A stretch of DNA of 40,000 nucleotides from Candidatus Gracilibacteria bacterium GN02-873 (GTDB lineage Bacteria; Patescibacteriota; Gracilibacteria; BD1-5; UBA2023): positions 485,895-525,894 of the forward strand of contig MORC01000001.1 in assembly GCA_003260345.1 (NCBI GenBank), read 5' to 3'. The translations under genes and the position numbers were made by a program. Shown in pieces: positions 39,025-40,000 of this stretch (positions are counted from its first letter, which is position 1; each line of letters opens with the position of its first letter). The notes below the pieces were generated by a model, which was not told where the DNA came from, ran no database searches, and worked only from the letters and a program-made list of their open reading frames with translations.

Positions 39025-40000
39025 ATGCAAAATACTCTTCAATTCGTGGCTCTCGACCTCGAAACTACTGGGCTCGACCCAAAAACTGATACCATTATCG
39101 AAATTGCCGCAATCAAATTTTCTCTCGTTTTTGATGGGGAAAAAATCACGATTCAAAATCCTGAGGAGCGCAATATGCTCATCAATCCGTGAATTCCGCT
39201 TCCTGATGAGGTAACGATGATTACGGGCATCACGCAAAAAATGCTCGAATGACGCGTTCGGTGGGAAGAAATTCGAGAAAAAGTTGACGAATTTATTGGG
39301 AAAAATTCGATTATTTTGGGGCACAATGTTTTTTTCGATGTTGCGATGCTGGAAACGCACGGCATCGACCTTCGTTCTCATCCAATCGTGGATACTTTCG
39401 AGCTTTCTGAGATTTTGTCGCAAAAATCGGCGAGTCTAAATCTCGGTTTTTTGGCAGATTTTTATAAAATTTCGAAGCGTGGCGCGGAACATCGTGCACT
39501 CACGGATACTTGGATTACGGTCGATTTGTTGGTAAAATTTCTCGAAAATATCGATGAACTTTCGGATATTCAAAAAGAAATTTGGGAAAAATTTGTTTTG
39601 CGTGACGATTCTCCGTTGCATTTTTTGAAAAATTTTTATAAAAAACCTCAAACAAGTACTTCCCTACTCGAAAAATTTTTTGAAAATCAGAAAATTTGGA
39701 AGAAAAATCCAGACAAAAATGTGAACGAAAACAATAATTCTTCCGAAAAAAATTTTGAAATTTTCTCCCTTGAAAACATGGAAGCGGACGAAAATTGAGA
39801 AAATTCTGAGGAAAAATTCTTGGAAACAATGTTTGAAAAATTTGGAAAATTACACATTTTGGCAGCGAACAAAAAAACGCTCGAAATTCTGGAAAAAATT
39901 TTCGCGAAAAAACACATTTCCACGACGCTTCGGCAAGAATTTTATCAGTTTGTCGCTGGGGATGAGATTTTTTCAGCAGCAAAAAATATTCAAAATATTG
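39025..40000 (+). CDS. DnaQ-like DEDDh 3'-5' exonuclease domain protein, probably DinG-type (3' end outside window)
   Basis: The ATG at 39025 and track ORF 39316-39798 form one frame across TGA at 39190, 39250 and 39796. ExoI is VALDLETTGLD, ExoII is ILGHNVFFDVAML and ExoIII is EHRALTDT. The ORF is still open at 40000. Confidence 0.65.

Noticed and set aside
1-40000. The many adjacent same-frame ORF fragments could mean a decaying genome full of pseudogenes, with TGA as a true stop.
   Set aside because: The interruptions are exclusively TGA, never TAA or TAG. Sequence on both sides keeps family motifs in register, and the TGA positions coincide with conserved glycines, so recoding explains all cases at once.
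1-40000. TGA = Trp (code 4, Mycoplasma-like), given the low GC content.
   Set aside because: TGA falls in GGTG-G-H (MurG), G-x-S-x-G, K-G-R (PyrH), P-G-D (DprA) and the FtsZ Gly position. Trp is not tolerated or seen at these columns, and TGG Trp codons are used normally (for example WQTETG, GWITGH in Acs).

Overview
This is an AT-rich bacterial chromosomal window that only makes sense under genetic code 25 (UGA = Gly), the code of Gracilibacteria/Absconditabacteria (SR1)-type CPR bacteria. The supplied standard-code ORF track splits 25 of the 35 genes I call at in-frame TGA. Joining the pieces restores full-length, motif-complete proteins, and the TGA codons fall on invariant glycines (MurG GGTG-G-H, FtsZ, UMP kinase K-G-R, the GxSxG elbow, DprA, MurI, Acs). 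TAA and TAG still terminate genes. I call 35 CDS, tRNA-Gln(UUG), a tmRNA, several sigma70-like promoters and many A-tract/hairpin/T-tract terminators. Housekeeping content includes pyrH, cysS, argS, dprA, murG, mtnN, a cyclophilin, ybaB, murI, acs, miaB, ftsA and ftsZ. Five items stand out. (1) miaB carries an in-frame ~208-aa NT5C/HAD nucleotidase-like module inside its radical-SAM domain. (2) A 4.4-kb TetR / alpha-beta-hydrolase / CPBP cassette with different codon usage is bracketed by 28-bp direct repeats that duplicate the -35 boxes of the ybaB / lapA-like divergent promoters. (3) A 1508-codon SLH-anchored surface protein is built from a ~1.8-kb in-frame tandem duplication that includes a perfectly conserved internal signal peptide and variable 12-bp (PTNP)n arrays. 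(4) acs uses TGA for about half of its glycines (25 TGA codons) and looks chimeric in codon usage. (5) The tmRNA has a non-canonical T-loop, a long tag and a long AT-rich middle. I saw no CRISPR array, rRNA, transposase or integrase. All calls come from reading the sequence by eye; no searches were run.
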